Source of the DNA: Planctomycetota bacterium
Lineage (GTDB): Bacteria > Planctomycetota > MHYJ01 > WSZJ01
Assembly (NCBI GenBank): GCA_038060895.1
Contig: JBBTCT010000002.1
Location: 160,001 to 224,000 of the forward strand
Direction: 5' to 3'
Length of the DNA stretch: 64,000 bases
The position numbers and the translations under genes are program-made. Positions 17,857 through 27,845 of this stretch are shown piece after piece (position 1 is the first letter of the stretch; the number at the start of each line of letters is the position of its first letter). The notes under the pieces are model-generated. The model was not told the origin of the DNA. It was given only the letters and a program-made list of their open reading frames with translations, and searched no databases.

Positions 17857-20496
17857 ATGCGCCCCGCTCTGTCTCTCGCCGTCGTTCTCCTTCTCGCAGC
17901 CTCCTGCAAGGCCGATCCTGCGGAAGCGGCGCGGCTGTGTCAGGAGGGAGCCGAAAAGTACATGAGTGGCGACCTGGCGGGTGCGGACGCCAAGTTCACC
18001 GAAGCGCTGGCGGCGGGGCCAGGGGAGGAGGATCGTGCGACCGTTCTGGGGAATCGCGGAGGCTGCCGCGGAAGGATGGGAAAGCACATCCTGGGGCTCG
18101 AGGACCTGGGACTGGCGCTCGAGATCGTCGACCGGCTGAAGCTCGACAAGCGGGGCTATTGGGACTGGATGCAGTTCCGCTGTTTCCTGCTGTCGCAGCT
18201 TGCGCGCTGGCAGGAAGTGGTCAACGGGTGCGATGAGCTGCTGAAGGTCGTCCCCGGAGATGCCGTCACGATGGGACTGAGATCCTGGAGCCTCGGGTAC
18301 CTCGGCCATGTCGACGAGTCGATCAAGCAGCTGAAAGTCGCGCAGGCGAACGACCCCAGCATCGCCGCGTGGGTCGCCGACATCCAGTACCTGCAGGGAG
18401 ACTTCGACGGCGTCATGGCCACCTCGAAAACGCAGGGCTGCCGTCCCGATGTGGTGAACACGCTGCTGCGCGCCCGTGCCCAGGTCGAGTGCGATCTCGG
18501 CCACCTCGACGATGCGCTCAAGACGGTGCGAGAGGTCCAGGTCCGCACCTGGACGGCCGACGTCTCCTTCGCCCAGGCCTACATCCGCGCGACACCCGGC
18601 TACTTCAAGTACGACTTCAACGACGCGATGGTCGCTTACGCGGATTTCGGCGCCAAGATGGACCATGTCTTTGCGATCAGCCACAAGGCCCGGGCGCTCT
18701 TCCTCGCCGAACGCTACGTCGAGTGCCGGGACTTCCTCTCGACGCGCGCCCCGCGGACCGACTTCTTCTGCATGTTCTGGCTCGGCGCTTCCCAGTGGAA
18801 ACTCGAGCAGTTCGCCGAGGCCCGCGCCACGCTGGCGGACGCCCGCCGCCTGAACCCGTATCTCACGGCGTGGGCGAAGCGCATCGAAGGGCTGGAAGCG
18901 TTTGTTGCGCCGATCGACGAAGAGATCACGGCGGAGAAGGGCGGGGACACGGGCCGGCGGCTGCGGTACGAGCTCGCGACGCACCTGCTGTCGGTCGCGG
19001 AGATCGAGACGCTGGTGCGGCGGTACGAGTTTGCGCGGGCGGCGGGAGAGTACGGAAAGCTACTGCCGAGCCTCGTGTCGCCGGTGCGCAAGAAGGAAGT
19101 CGAGACGCGCCTTGCCGAGATCAAGGGCATGGCGGCCGCGCTCGACAAGCTCATCCTCGCCATCAACAACAAGAAGGTGAAGCTCAACGTCAAGGTGTCC
19201 ACGCAGGACCTGGCGATCGCGAAGGCCGACAATAGGGCGTTCGAGTTCACGTTTCCCAAAGGGTCAGGCAAGTTTCCCTGGGCGTATCTCGACCCCCTGG
19301 ACTTTTTCAGGTTCGCGAACCAGCAGGCCACGACCCCCGAGGAACATTACGCCCTGGGAGTTCTCCTCTGGGACGTGGGGGAGTCCAAGGCGGCCCAGCA
19401 GAACATCGAAAGCGCCGCCAAGGGCGCGGCCAAATTGAAAGGCACGATCGACAACCTGGTCGCGCGTAAACGCGGCGTCGCGACGCCGAAGGGAGGATTC
19501 GTCCTCTACAAGGGAACGTACGTGACGCCCGAGGAGAAGACGAGTCTTGAGAAGGGGCTCGTGCGGTACCAGGGGAAGTGGGTCACGCCCGCGGACAAGG
19601 TGCAGCTGGCGAAGGGGCTCATCCAGGTCGGCGGGAAGTGGGTCAGCGGTGAAGAATCGAAGCTGCTGGCGGCCGGTTACCGGAAGTACAAGGACCAGTG
19701 GATGGGCGCCGAGGAATATGAGGCGTTGCGTTCGAACTGGGAAACGGCGTACGAGGCGGAGACGGAGCACTTCAAGATCCGCACCAACGCCGGCGAAGGC
19801 TTCTCGAAGGACCTCGCCGCCCTCGCGGAGGTCGCGTACGGGGAACTCAAGACCTTCTACGACGGACGCGAGCCGAAACTGGGCAAGGAGAAGATGACGC
19901 TCTTCGCATTTCGCTCCTACGAGGACTACCGGAAATACTGCGTCGAGAAGAAGGCCGAGGAGAACCTCAACGCGGCCGGGTTCGCGTCATCCGATTCCAA
20001 CGTGGTCGTAGGCTGGAACAAAACCGGGAGCCACTGGCAACTCCTTCAGACCATGACGCACGAGGCCGCTCACCTCTACTATTTCCGGATCTGCTCGCCC
20101 GCGTCGCTTCCCTCCTGGCACGCCGAAGGCATGGCGACCTACTTCGAAGGGTTCAAGGGCGCGGGCGCCTCCTGGAAATTCAATTACATCAGCGAGTCGC
20201 GGCTCGCGTTCGCGCGGGAGGCGATGCTGGAGAAGAAGCACATTCCCCTCGCGGAGCTGCTGGCGGGAGATGCGCTCAAGCTCATCAACAGCGACGCCAC
20301 CCGTGCGAACCTTTTCTACAGCGAGTGCTGGGCTTTGAACTACTTCCTGTCGCAGACCGATAACGCGAAGTACCGGGACGGGTACAAGGCCTTCAGGAAA
20401 GCGGTCGAGACAGGCAAGCCCGAGCCGTTGTCGAAGTTCATTCCGGAGCAGGACAAGCTGGAGAAGGACTGGACGACGTTCATCACCAGCCAGTAA
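17857..20496 (+). CDS. TPR lipoprotein with C-terminal DUF1570/gluzincin-like peptidase domain
   Basis: Lipobox LAASC; TPR helices; GLVxYxGxWV repeats; ETEHFKIRT, HEAAH, WxxEGMATYFE and FYxxxWALxYFL motifs. Confidence 0.8.
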   Translation: MRPALSLAVVLLLAASCKADPAEAARLCQEGAEKYMSGDLAGADAKFTEALAAGPGEEDRATVLGNRGGCRGRMGKHILGLEDLGLALEIVDRLKLDKRGYWDWMQFRCFLLSQLARWQEVVNGCDELLKVVPGDAVTMGLRSWSLGYLGHVDESIKQLKVAQANDPSIAAWVADIQYLQGDFDGVMATSKTQGCRPDVVNTLLRARAQVECDLGHLDDALKTVREVQVRTWTADVSFAQAYIRATPGYFKYDFNDAMVAYADFGAKMDHVFAISHKARALFLAERYVECRDFLSTRAPRTDFFCMFWLGASQWKLEQFAEARATLADARRLNPYLTAWAKRIEGLEAFVAPIDEEITAEKGGDTGRRLRYELATHLLSVAEIETLVRRYEFARAAGEYGKLLPSLVSPVRKKEVETRLAEIKGMAAALDKLILAINNKKVKLNVKVSTQDLAIAKADNRAFEFTFPKGSGKFPWAYLDPLDFFRFANQQATTPEEHYALGVLLWDVGESKAAQQNIESAAKGAAKLKGTIDNLVARKRGVATPKGGFVLYKGTYVTPEEKTSLEKGLVRYQGKWVTPADKVQLAKGLIQVGGKWVSGEESKLLAAGYRKYKDQWMGAEEYEALRSNWETAYEAETEHFKIRTNAGEGFSKDLAALAEVAYGELKTFYDGREPKLGKEKMTLFAFRSYEDYRKYCVEKKAEENLNAAGFASSDSNVVVGWNKTGSHWQLLQTMTHEAAHLYYFRICSPASLPSWHAEGMATYFEGFKGAGASWKFNYISESRLAFAREAMLEKKHIPLAELLAGDALKLINSDATRANLFYSECWALNYFLSQTDNAKYRDGYKAFRKAVETGKPEPLSKFIPEQDKLEKDWTTFITSQ

Positions 20497-20601
20497 CGGC
20501 TTCGGCCCGGCAGTATTCAAACTTCCGCTCGGCGCGCTCGCCCCGACGCCCGCAAGAGGGGTCGGTGTCTTTCGGGAAGAGACGCGGTAACATTTCGTTT
20601 C

Positions 20602-21207
20602 ATGGGAAACTACTCGTACCTGCGCGCCACCGATCACTCCGGCCCCTCTGCGGACATGGATGGCGTGGACGTCGCGAGTTCAAAATACAGCCTTCCGATC
20701 GGCTGGATGATCGCCTTCGATGCGTCGGAGCTCATTGAGGTTCCGGAGGCAGAGGAAGACTATCCCGGCGCGATTTACCGCGCTTCACGGCTCCACGCGA
20801 TCGAGAGACTTTCGAATGCGATCTCCGTTCTCCGGGCAGACGAGTACCTCTGGTGGATCTTCCGTCACCTGGAGGGACTGCACGCCGAAGTGTCGGCTGC
20901 GAAGGCAGAATTTCTGGAAGCAGACCCTCGCGAGGTCTTTCTGATGGGGGAGGAGGGCGGCGACTTTGACGTTCAGTCCCGAAAGGCGCCCGGGACGCTT
21001 TCGGAGTTCCTAAATCGGATGCGCTCAGGGCAGCGGCCGCTCGCTCTGGACGCCGTGAACTCGTTGTGCGAGCTGAGCGGAATGAAACTGACCGGTTCCC
21101 GGGCTTCGGACGAAGTGGCGTGGACGGGCGACATGCAGGTGATGGGGATTCCGGATTCGGAGGCCCTCTGCCGGTTCTGGGTTCGCGGAGTGCTGGCTTC
21201 CGAATAG
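20602..21207 (+). CDS. Hypothetical protein
   Basis: 201-aa ORF filling the gap; TAACAT -10-like box 8 nt upstream of ATG. Confidence 0.65.
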   Translation: MGNYSYLRATDHSGPSADMDGVDVASSKYSLPIGWMIAFDASELIEVPEAEEDYPGAIYRASRLHAIERLSNAISVLRADEYLWWIFRHLEGLHAEVSAAKAEFLEADPREVFLMGEEGGDFDVQSRKAPGTLSEFLNRMRSGQRPLALDAVNSLCELSGMKLTGSRASDEVAWTGDMQVMGIPDSEALCRFWVRGVLASE

Positions 21208-21255
21208 GGGTGCGTCGGCATTGCCGGCAGGCGCGCCGTGCATTTGGCGCCACGC

Positions 21256-21284
21256 AAAAAAACCGGGCCCCCAGGGGGCCCGGT
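21256..21284 (-). terminator. Rho-independent terminator of the 21306-22250 gene
   Basis: Minus strand ACCGGGCCCCCTGGGGGCCCGGTTTTTTT: GC-rich stem plus 7 U. Confidence 0.85.
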
Positions 21285-21305
21285 GACAAGTGTTCTCGAT
21301 CGCGA

Positions 21306-22250
21306 CTAGCGTGCCGGCGTCCAGCTCGACCTGGACGCGGGGACGACCACGAGGTTGACCTCCTTGAATTCCTTCCAGAGACCCTTCATGGCCACTTCGT
21401 GCTGCTTGAGTTCCGGATTCTCGGCGCCGAACAGGCCTTTCTCACGCCCGTGGTCGAGCGCCAGCGCCTGGTGCGCCATGTTGTCGACGATGCGGTTGGC
21501 GAGGTCGAAGAAGCGGCCCGCGTCGGCGTTCAGCTTCGTCATCGACGAATGCAGGTAGCGGACGTAGCCGGCGTTCAGGCGCTCGGGATGACGGGCGAGT
21601 TCCCGGGCCTGGTTGCGCACCATGTCGCGCGCGCCGTTGAGGCGGTTCATCGTGTCGAGCAGGTCCATCCAGAGGAAGCCGCCCCAGCTGCCGGCGGTTC
21701 CGGCCTTGGCGCCCAGCTTGTCGAAGGCGGCCTGAAGCGTCGCACCGGCATGGTAGTAACCGTAGGTCTGCTCCGCGCGACTGGCGTATTCCTCGAGCAC
21801 CTGCGCGTCGGCGTTCAGGAGCCGGATGGCTTCTTTAGCCGTCATGCCCGCGCCGTCCACGGGCGGAAGCGGCATGTCGCTCATCCAGCGGTTCGCTTCC
21901 CGCATCGAGGCTTCTTCGCGCATGAGGTACTGCGTGAGGAGGATGGCGTTCTGGATGCCGTACTGTCCGCGCCGGAACTCCTCGGCGATGGCCCAGCGGG
22001 TCTTGATGAGCGCATCCTGCGCCTCGTCGGCGATCCGGCGCGCTTCGGCGATCCGCTCAGGATTTTTCGCGGCGTCCGCGGGCGTCAGCGCACGCAGGTC
22101 GCGGGCGGCGTCGCGATACTCGGCGACGCGAAGGCGCGCGATGTTCAGATCGTCGGAAGCGTCGGCGGAGGCGAACAGAGGGGAGAGGAGGGAAAAGGCC
22201 GAGAGCGCGAGAGCGAGGGCAGCGGACGTGATGATCCTGGAAAGGGTCAT
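21306..22250 (-). CDS. Secreted all-alpha hypothetical protein
   Basis: AAGGAG RBS, signal peptide MTLSRIITSAALALAL...ASA, own terminator. Confidence 0.75.
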   Translation of the reverse strand: MTLSRIITSAALALALSAFSLLSPLFASADASDDLNIARLRVAEYRDAARDLRALTPADAAKNPERIAEARRIADEAQDALIKTRWAIAEEFRRGQYGIQNAILLTQYLMREEASMREANRWMSDMPLPPVDGAGMTAKEAIRLLNADAQVLEEYASRAEQTYGYYHAGATLQAAFDKLGAKAGTAGSWGGFLWMDLLDTMNRLNGARDMVRNQARELARHPERLNAGYVRYLHSSMTKLNADAGRFFDLANRIVDNMAHQALALDHGREKGLFGAENPELKQHEVAMKGLWKEFKEVNLVVVPASRSSWTPAR

Positions 22251-22580
22251 GGGAGAATCTCCTTGAGTTGGATGTCTTGAATAGAGACATAGCAACTTGG
22301 TGGCCAGGAACGATGAAATCGCATAACTTACTTCTAAATAACACTTTATGATCTCATTGGCGCTCGGACTGGCAAGTTGTTTGCGAGCGAAAAGAAGTCG
22401 TGATCGTATTTTCTTCGTACTTGCGACCGGAGTCCCGCTGCAGCGAGTCGGGATCGAGGCGGCCGTCCTGCTTGCGCCAGCCGCGAGTGCCGTTGGAGCA
22501 CATGTTTCGTTTGTGCGGCCCTACGCGCTAACTGCCTCCTGCCCCCGTTTTTCATGGAAGCCCGTGGTCTGGCCGCACGG

Positions 22581-22873
22581 TCACTCAAGACCTCTCATCG
22601 TCCAGATGAAATGGACCAGGAAAAATGCGAGGACTACGAGCGGCAAATAGCCGAAGCGAATCAGCGCGATGTCAGTCCGGGTTGGAGTCCATGGCCATCG
22701 CCAAATCAAGACGAGCGCGCCGCCCCAAATCCGACCAATGCGATTCCACAAATGCGCGTCGTATCGCCGCCATCCAGGATGAGCCCACTCAGGAGACCGA
22801 CAAGAACCTGCAACGCGACCGCCTCGAAGATCGGCTTTCGGTAGCTCGGAGAGATAGGCAGTGAGGGTGTCAT
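22581..22873 (-). pseudogene. Frameshifted small membrane protein
   Basis: MTPSLPISPSYRKPIFEAVALQVLVGLLSGLILDGGDTTRICGIALVGF continues as WGGALVLIWRW...IRFGYLPL in another frame; one T missing at 22727-22729 (span 293 nt, one short of 98 codons). Confidence 0.7.
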
Positions 22874-23292
22874 GGGTGTGGCGCCTCTGGCTTCCGGTTC
22901 CCGCGGCGATCAAATCGGTCGAGCGCTTCGGCTTCGCTCGACACGTACTCCACGCCGAGCAATCCGCAAATACACTGAAGTTTCGAATTCGTCCCCACGA
23001 CCATGACGCAGTCTCCTCCGCGGGCCTCGAGTTGCTTTCGCGCCCATTCATCGAATCCGAACGCAAGATCGTTCAGGTAACCCATTGCGCTGACGTCGGC
23101 CACTATGAAGTCCGCGCGCTTGGATAGCGACCGCAAGTACTCGAACGCGTTGCCGTCAGCCCCCGTCTCGGTTCCGCTCGCCGAACCTCGCATGTGGATT
23201 CGAAGGAACCGCATGCCGCTCGGCGAGAGGCCCCAGGACTCGAGAATCTTGAGGGGCCCAAAATCCCGGGAGCAGGGAGCAAGGTCTGCCAC
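22870..23292 (-). CDS. STAS-domain (anti-sigma antagonist-like) protein, degenerate
   Basis: IVADVSAMGYLNDLAFG...LEARGG...SEAEALDRF follows the STAS pattern; the phospho-Ser motif is absent; start uncertain. Confidence 0.55.
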   Translation of the reverse strand: MADLAPCSRDFGPLKILESWGLSPSGMRFLRIHMRGSASGTETGADGNAFEYLRSLSKRADFIVADVSAMGYLNDLAFGFDEWARKQLEARGGDCVMVVGTNSKLQCICGLLGVEYVSSEAEALDRFDRRGNRKPEAPHP

Positions 23293-23326
23293 ATGTCTGA
23301 TTCTAGCGGATTGCGACTCGCCCTCT

Positions 23327-25561
23327 TCATCGCGGTTTTCGGTGCCTTTCGTCCGAGACGATCGGCGCCATCCACGCGGGCGCCGGGGGCGCTTCTTTGG
23401 AATCGAGCAGTTCCTTCCACTCCGCGTCCGTCAGGCGCTTGCTGTCGGAAAACTCCCTGTAGGGCATCACGGCGCCGCGACAGAGGACTTCCCCGTCCTT
23501 CCAGGGGAGAAGGACGTAGAGCGCGCGCGGCCGGGCGATGCCGACCTGGAAGTACGCGGTCGCGGCGGGGTCGCGGTGATCCGCCAGGATCGACGTCGCG
23601 CGCGGCGCGTCGTCGCGGGGCGACAGGTACGAGTTGCCCTCGTAGAACATCGCGGCGGCGAGGACGTGGCCGAACTCGAGCAGGACTTCGCGCTCTTCTT
23701 CGTCCCAGGCCGCGCCCCGCAGCTGCTTGTGCGCCATCGCTTCGAGCCGGCGGCAGAGGCGCTCCAGGTTGCGCCAGGTCCGGGTGAAAGGCGGCGTGTT
23801 GGCTTCCATGCACAGAGCCAGCTTCTCCGGGAGCGGATCCGAACTTCGCAGGACGCGCACCGTCTCGTCCAAGGTCTCGAGCGAGTTCATGACCGCGCCC
23901 GGCGTCAGGGTCTCCTCGAAACCCGACCGCAACCGCCGCCCACGTAGCACACCCACGAACCACTCCGCGCGATCGACCATCCCGAGTTTCGTCATGTCGG
24001 ATTCCAGCGCGCGCCGCGTCTTGTCCCCGCCGCCTTCGCGCAGGAAAGACGCGTAGTCCTGGAAGAGCCACAGGAGTTCGTGGCGGGAAAGCGCTTCATC
24101 GAACGCGCCCTGCGCCTCCATGAGATCGCAGCTCGACTCGACGAGATCGGCGAGCCGGGAGAAGAACGTCGGGTCCGGCTCCACGAATCCCGCCACGACG
24201 CTGTCGAAGCCGCCATACGCCTTGTTCTCCCGCGCCTGAAGCACCCAGGTGTGCCTCAGCTGCGCCCAGCCCGCGAGGGCGGCGTTCGTGCTCTTGCTCT
24301 GCCAGGCTTCGGAGGCGAAGAGCGGCGGCGCGGCGGGCTCGGGAGCATCGAGAAGCGCGCTGATGCACCGGAGGTAGCGCGAGTACAGTCCGCCGCCCTG
24401 CGTCATCGCGGCCGAGTTGTCGATCAGGCCCGCGAGAGCCTTGTCATCTCCCGGGGCGCAGCCGCGGAGAGCCTGCTGCCGCGCGAAGGCTCCGCCCAGC
24501 GCTGCGGCGACGAGAAGGCCCGACGGCCGGCGCGTGCCCGGCGACTTCGGCTCGCACCAGCGGTCGAAGATCAGCGCGTCCGGCAGGATCGTCGCGGGCA
24601 GGACGCGCAGGCCCGGCTCGATGCCGTGAAGCGCGTCGGCCGTGACCGAGGGACCTTCCTTCGGCGAGTTGCACGCTTCCCAGCTCGCCGCGCAGTACCG
24701 CTTCCAGGTCCCGATGTTGGCCCTCGTCCACCGTCCGCTTTCCGTCACACGCATCTCGAGCGGGATGTCCCCGAGGAAGCCGAGCAGTCCCCGCCATGCG
24801 GCGGTGAAGCTCCTGTAGTGCTGCCTTGCGTCGCCGTGGTCGAGGGCTTCGGACAGCAGGGCGGCCGTGAAGAGTTCCCGTTCCTGCGAGAGGCGCATCG
24901 GGATTTCCTGCAGCCAGCTCACGGCCCGGAAGTAAGCCATCAGGCGCTCGTCGCGGACGTAGAAGCCGCGTGGCGCGAATCGCGTGTAGTCCACGAACGG
25001 AAATCCTTCGTCCGCCGGGCCCGACCACTCCGGCCGCAGCCGCTCCTTCGCCGCCACGACTCGCGACATCTCCGCGTCGATCAGCTTAGAGACCTTGTCC
25101 GAAACCCCCGGCGTCTCCCCGCCCAGCAGCCTCAGCGCCACTCCCAGAGTGATCTGCGCCCGGCGCACGACGTCATCGAAGAGGTCCTCCGGAAGGTCGA
25201 ACTTCTTTTTCGCGTCGGGAAGTCCGTTCCACATCGGAGTGAGCACGCCGGAAAGTTTGCCGGCGCGCGCGCGCTCGAGCCGCACGACGCTCTCTTCCAG
25301 GAGCACGTGATACGCCGTGAGAACGGAGTCCGCGGTGACGAACGTCGGGACCTTTGAGCTGTCGTAAGGCTCGAAGATCTGCCGGTAGTCCGGTCCCGCA
25401 ACCAGGAGCTTCTGCTTTTCGAGGAGATCGACTTCTGCGTCCGACAGCCCTTCACTCCGTGCGTGCGTCCGCCAGTCTGCCGCCTTCGCTTCACCGTCCT
25501 CCGCCCAAGCCGAACACGCCATCAAGGCACTGGCGACCAGAAGCGGGAGGTTCGATCTCAT
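23327..25561 (-). CDS. DUF3160-domain secreted protein
   Basis: FVTADSVLxAYH, DYTRFxPRGFY, YFRAVSWL, WQxKxxNAALAGWAQLRHTWVL, GFVEPDP, GAVMPYREF. Confidence 0.85.
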   Translation of the reverse strand: MRSNLPLLVASALMACSAWAEDGEAKAADWRTHARSEGLSDAEVDLLEKQKLLVAGPDYRQIFEPYDSSKVPTFVTADSVLTAYHVLLEESVVRLERARAGKLSGVLTPMWNGLPDAKKKFDLPEDLFDDVVRRAQITLGVALRLLGGETPGVSDKVSKLIDAEMSRVVAAKERLRPEWSGPADEGFPFVDYTRFAPRGFYVRDERLMAYFRAVSWLQEIPMRLSQERELFTAALLSEALDHGDARQHYRSFTAAWRGLLGFLGDIPLEMRVTESGRWTRANIGTWKRYCAASWEACNSPKEGPSVTADALHGIEPGLRVLPATILPDALIFDRWCEPKSPGTRRPSGLLVAAALGGAFARQQALRGCAPGDDKALAGLIDNSAAMTQGGGLYSRYLRCISALLDAPEPAAPPLFASEAWQSKSTNAALAGWAQLRHTWVLQARENKAYGGFDSVVAGFVEPDPTFFSRLADLVESSCDLMEAQGAFDEALSRHELLWLFQDYASFLREGGGDKTRRALESDMTKLGMVDRAEWFVGVLRGRRLRSGFEETLTPGAVMNSLETLDETVRVLRSSDPLPEKLALCMEANTPPFTRTWRNLERLCRRLEAMAHKQLRGAAWDEEEREVLLEFGHVLAAAMFYEGNSYLSPRDDAPRATSILADHRDPAATAYFQVGIARPRALYVLLPWKDGEVLCRGAVMPYREFSDSKRLTDAEWKELLDSKEAPPAPAWMAPIVSDERHRKPR

Positions 25562-25761
25562 AGTCATCTCCAAGAGTGCGGGGTGTCCGCGAGACCCGGT
25601 CAGGGATGCAAATCGCCTGCCGCGTCCGATGCCCGTGGACGCCCACCCTTGCGCGACAGCACGGGGCATCCTGCCCGGAATCATGCCCCTCGCGGTCGCA
25701 CCGGGATTTTCGCTCGGCCTGTCTGCTAGACTTTCCTCGAAGCCGCATCGAGGGAACCCCT

Positions 25762-26820
25762 CTGCTCAAGTCCGCGATCGGGTTGCTTGCAGGCGCAGCG
25801 TTCGCCATTGCGACCTGGGTCCTTCTCGGAGAGCGGCTCGCGGGACGTCCGCCGTCCGAAACTGCCGCACCGCCCGCGCCTGCGGAGGCCGCAACGTCCG
25901 GAAAAGACGGCGCTGCAGCGACGGACCCAGCCATGCCGGCGCTTCAGGCTGAAATCGCGAAGCTCGAGTCCGAACTGGCCGCTCTCAAGGCACGGCCGGC
26001 CGGCACCGTGGACCGGAAGCGGCTCTCGTTTGCCGACCTCGCGAAGAGACTGGTGCCCGCATTCGCGGAGGACACCTGGATCTGGGAAACCGACGACGAA
26101 CGGACCCAGGCGCTGATCGGGCCATTCCTGGAAGTGCTTCGGGAGCAGGCGCTCGAAAAGGGAATCACGCTGTACGAAGCCGCGCAGGGTCCCGACGGCG
26201 TCGCTGCCCTGGCGATCGCGATGATGGCTGCGATGGACCCGCCGCCGGACGCGGAAAGGATGAAGAAGCTCGAAGAGGCGCGGGCAGAGCTGGGCAAGGA
26301 GTTCGACAGCTATCTTGCGAAGCGAGGCTCGCTGAGCCGGCTCGAGCAGTACCGGGAACTGCTGGGGCTGGGCAGCGCACTTTCGAATGCCGTGGACCAG
26401 GACCTGCCGGAAGCGGCAAGCGACATGTACTGGAACGCGGACAATTTCTGGGATAGCGCAAAGCCTGCGGAATATCTGTCTTTTCCCGGCACCTCCGCTG
26501 CCCCCGGCCAGACCTTCGACAAAGTCTGCAGCACTTGGACGGATTCCTGGAGCGCGACCATCGGCCTCGACCCGGCCCAGAAGCTGGCCCTCAGGCCGAT
26601 CGTCGACGAATACGCGCGCGCCATCGCCGAACTGAACGTCGAGGCCGACAAGAAATCGACGCCCAGTTACCGTTATCCCCTGAACCGAAAGGACCAGATC
26701 GCGCTCATGATCAAAGCGACCCATCGCATCGCCGCCGAAACATCCCTGACCGAGGCGCAGCTCAAGGCGCTTCGCGACATGTCAGTGGTTCCGGGCCACG
26801 ATCTGAAATCCGCGAGATGA
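25762..26820 (+). CDS. Membrane-anchored hypothetical protein (tandem paralog A), probable CTG start
   Basis: Extended -10 TGcTAGACT (25727-25732), GAGGGA RBS, then CTG; N-terminus aligns with paralog B. Confidence 0.65.
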   Translation: MLKSAIGLLAGAAFAIATWVLLGERLAGRPPSETAAPPAPAEAATSGKDGAAATDPAMPALQAEIAKLESELAALKARPAGTVDRKRLSFADLAKRLVPAFAEDTWIWETDDERTQALIGPFLEVLREQALEKGITLYEAAQGPDGVAALAIAMMAAMDPPPDAERMKKLEEARAELGKEFDSYLAKRGSLSRLEQYRELLGLGSALSNAVDQDLPEAASDMYWNADNFWDSAKPAEYLSFPGTSAAPGQTFDKVCSTWTDSWSATIGLDPAQKLALRPIVDEYARAIAELNVEADKKSTPSYRYPLNRKDQIALMIKATHRIAAETSLTEAQLKALRDMSVVPGHDLKSAR

Positions 26821-27845
26821 AACACATCCTGGGCGGCTTCATAGCGGGCGCCCTGCTCGCCGGCATCCTGCTGCGATTGCTGGCCGGGGGCCGCCCGGGA
26901 GGCGTCGAGGAAACGCCAGCCGCCGCACTGCCTGCCGGCCGGAGTGATTCCGCCGATCCGGCGGCGGACGCGGAGGCCGCTTCCTTCCGCGACGCAACCG
27001 CGCGGCTCGAGCGCCTGCGCGCGGAAGTTGCTTCGGTGAAGGCCTCTCAATCCGGAAGCGCGGCCGCCGGAAACCGGATCCCCGCTAGCCGCTCCGAATT
27101 TGCCCGGTTGCTCTCCGGAAACCTCGACGACTTCCTCAGGAACGGAGACCGCAGGCTCCCGGCCAACGAGGACATGATCCTGCGCCTGCAGGCGCTCATG
27201 CGCCTTCTGGCACAGGAACTGGGCCTCGGGCTCGACGAGGTCGGCGCGTCGCCCGAGGGATTTGCCGCGCTTGCGCGTGAAGTGCTGGACGCGCTGGAGC
27301 CGAAGCTGGACGCGGGGGCGCGCGCGAAGGCGGAGGAGGCGATCGAGACGGCCCGGCGGGAGTGGGAGGACTTTGCGGCGAGGCGCAAAGAAATGACGCG
27401 GCTGGAGCGCGCAGGAAATGTGGAGCCGATGTTTGAACGGCTCGTGGAGGGGTTGAAGGAGTCACTCGAGGGCCGCGCGTACGACGCGATCGACTCGCTG
27501 GAGAGCCTGTGGTACGACGCCCAGCCGACCTGGGCCGGCGGCTACTGCACGTACATGGTGGCGTCGGCGGAGGACGCCGCTTCGCAGTGGACCGAATCCT
27601 GGAGTCACACGCTGCAGCTGACTCCGGTTCAGAAGATCGCGCTGAAACCGATTCTCGACGACTACGTGCGAGCGCTGACCGATCTGCACCTGGACACGAC
27701 CGTCTATCGCAGCAAGGGGGCGTTCGAACTGATGGTCCGCACCCAGCACCGGATGATGGACACCCTCGACCTTTCTCCCGCGCAGCTCCAGAATCTCGAC
27801 GCCCAGGTCACCATCTACGACTTCGCGATTCCGCCGAAGAAGTGA
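26817..27845 (+). CDS. Membrane-anchored hypothetical protein (tandem paralog B)
   Basis: ATGA overlap; shares WTxSWS..LxPxQKxAL(R/K)PIxDxYxRA with paralog A. Confidence 0.75.
   Translation: MKHILGGFIAGALLAGILLRLLAGGRPGGVEETPAAALPAGRSDSADPAADAEAASFRDATARLERLRAEVASVKASQSGSAAAGNRIPASRSEFARLLSGNLDDFLRNGDRRLPANEDMILRLQALMRLLAQELGLGLDEVGASPEGFAALAREVLDALEPKLDAGARAKAEEAIETARREWEDFAARRKEMTRLERAGNVEPMFERLVEGLKESLEGRAYDAIDSLESLWYDAQPTWAGGYCTYMVASAEDAASQWTESWSHTLQLTPVQKIALKPILDDYVRALTDLHLDTTVYRSKGAFELMVRTQHRMMDTLDLSPAQLQNLDAQVTIYDFAIPPKK

Noticed and set aside
22348-22650. 100-aa plus-strand ORF after an AT-rich stretch
   Set aside because: No RBS or motif, atypical composition, and it overlaps the minus-strand pseudogene
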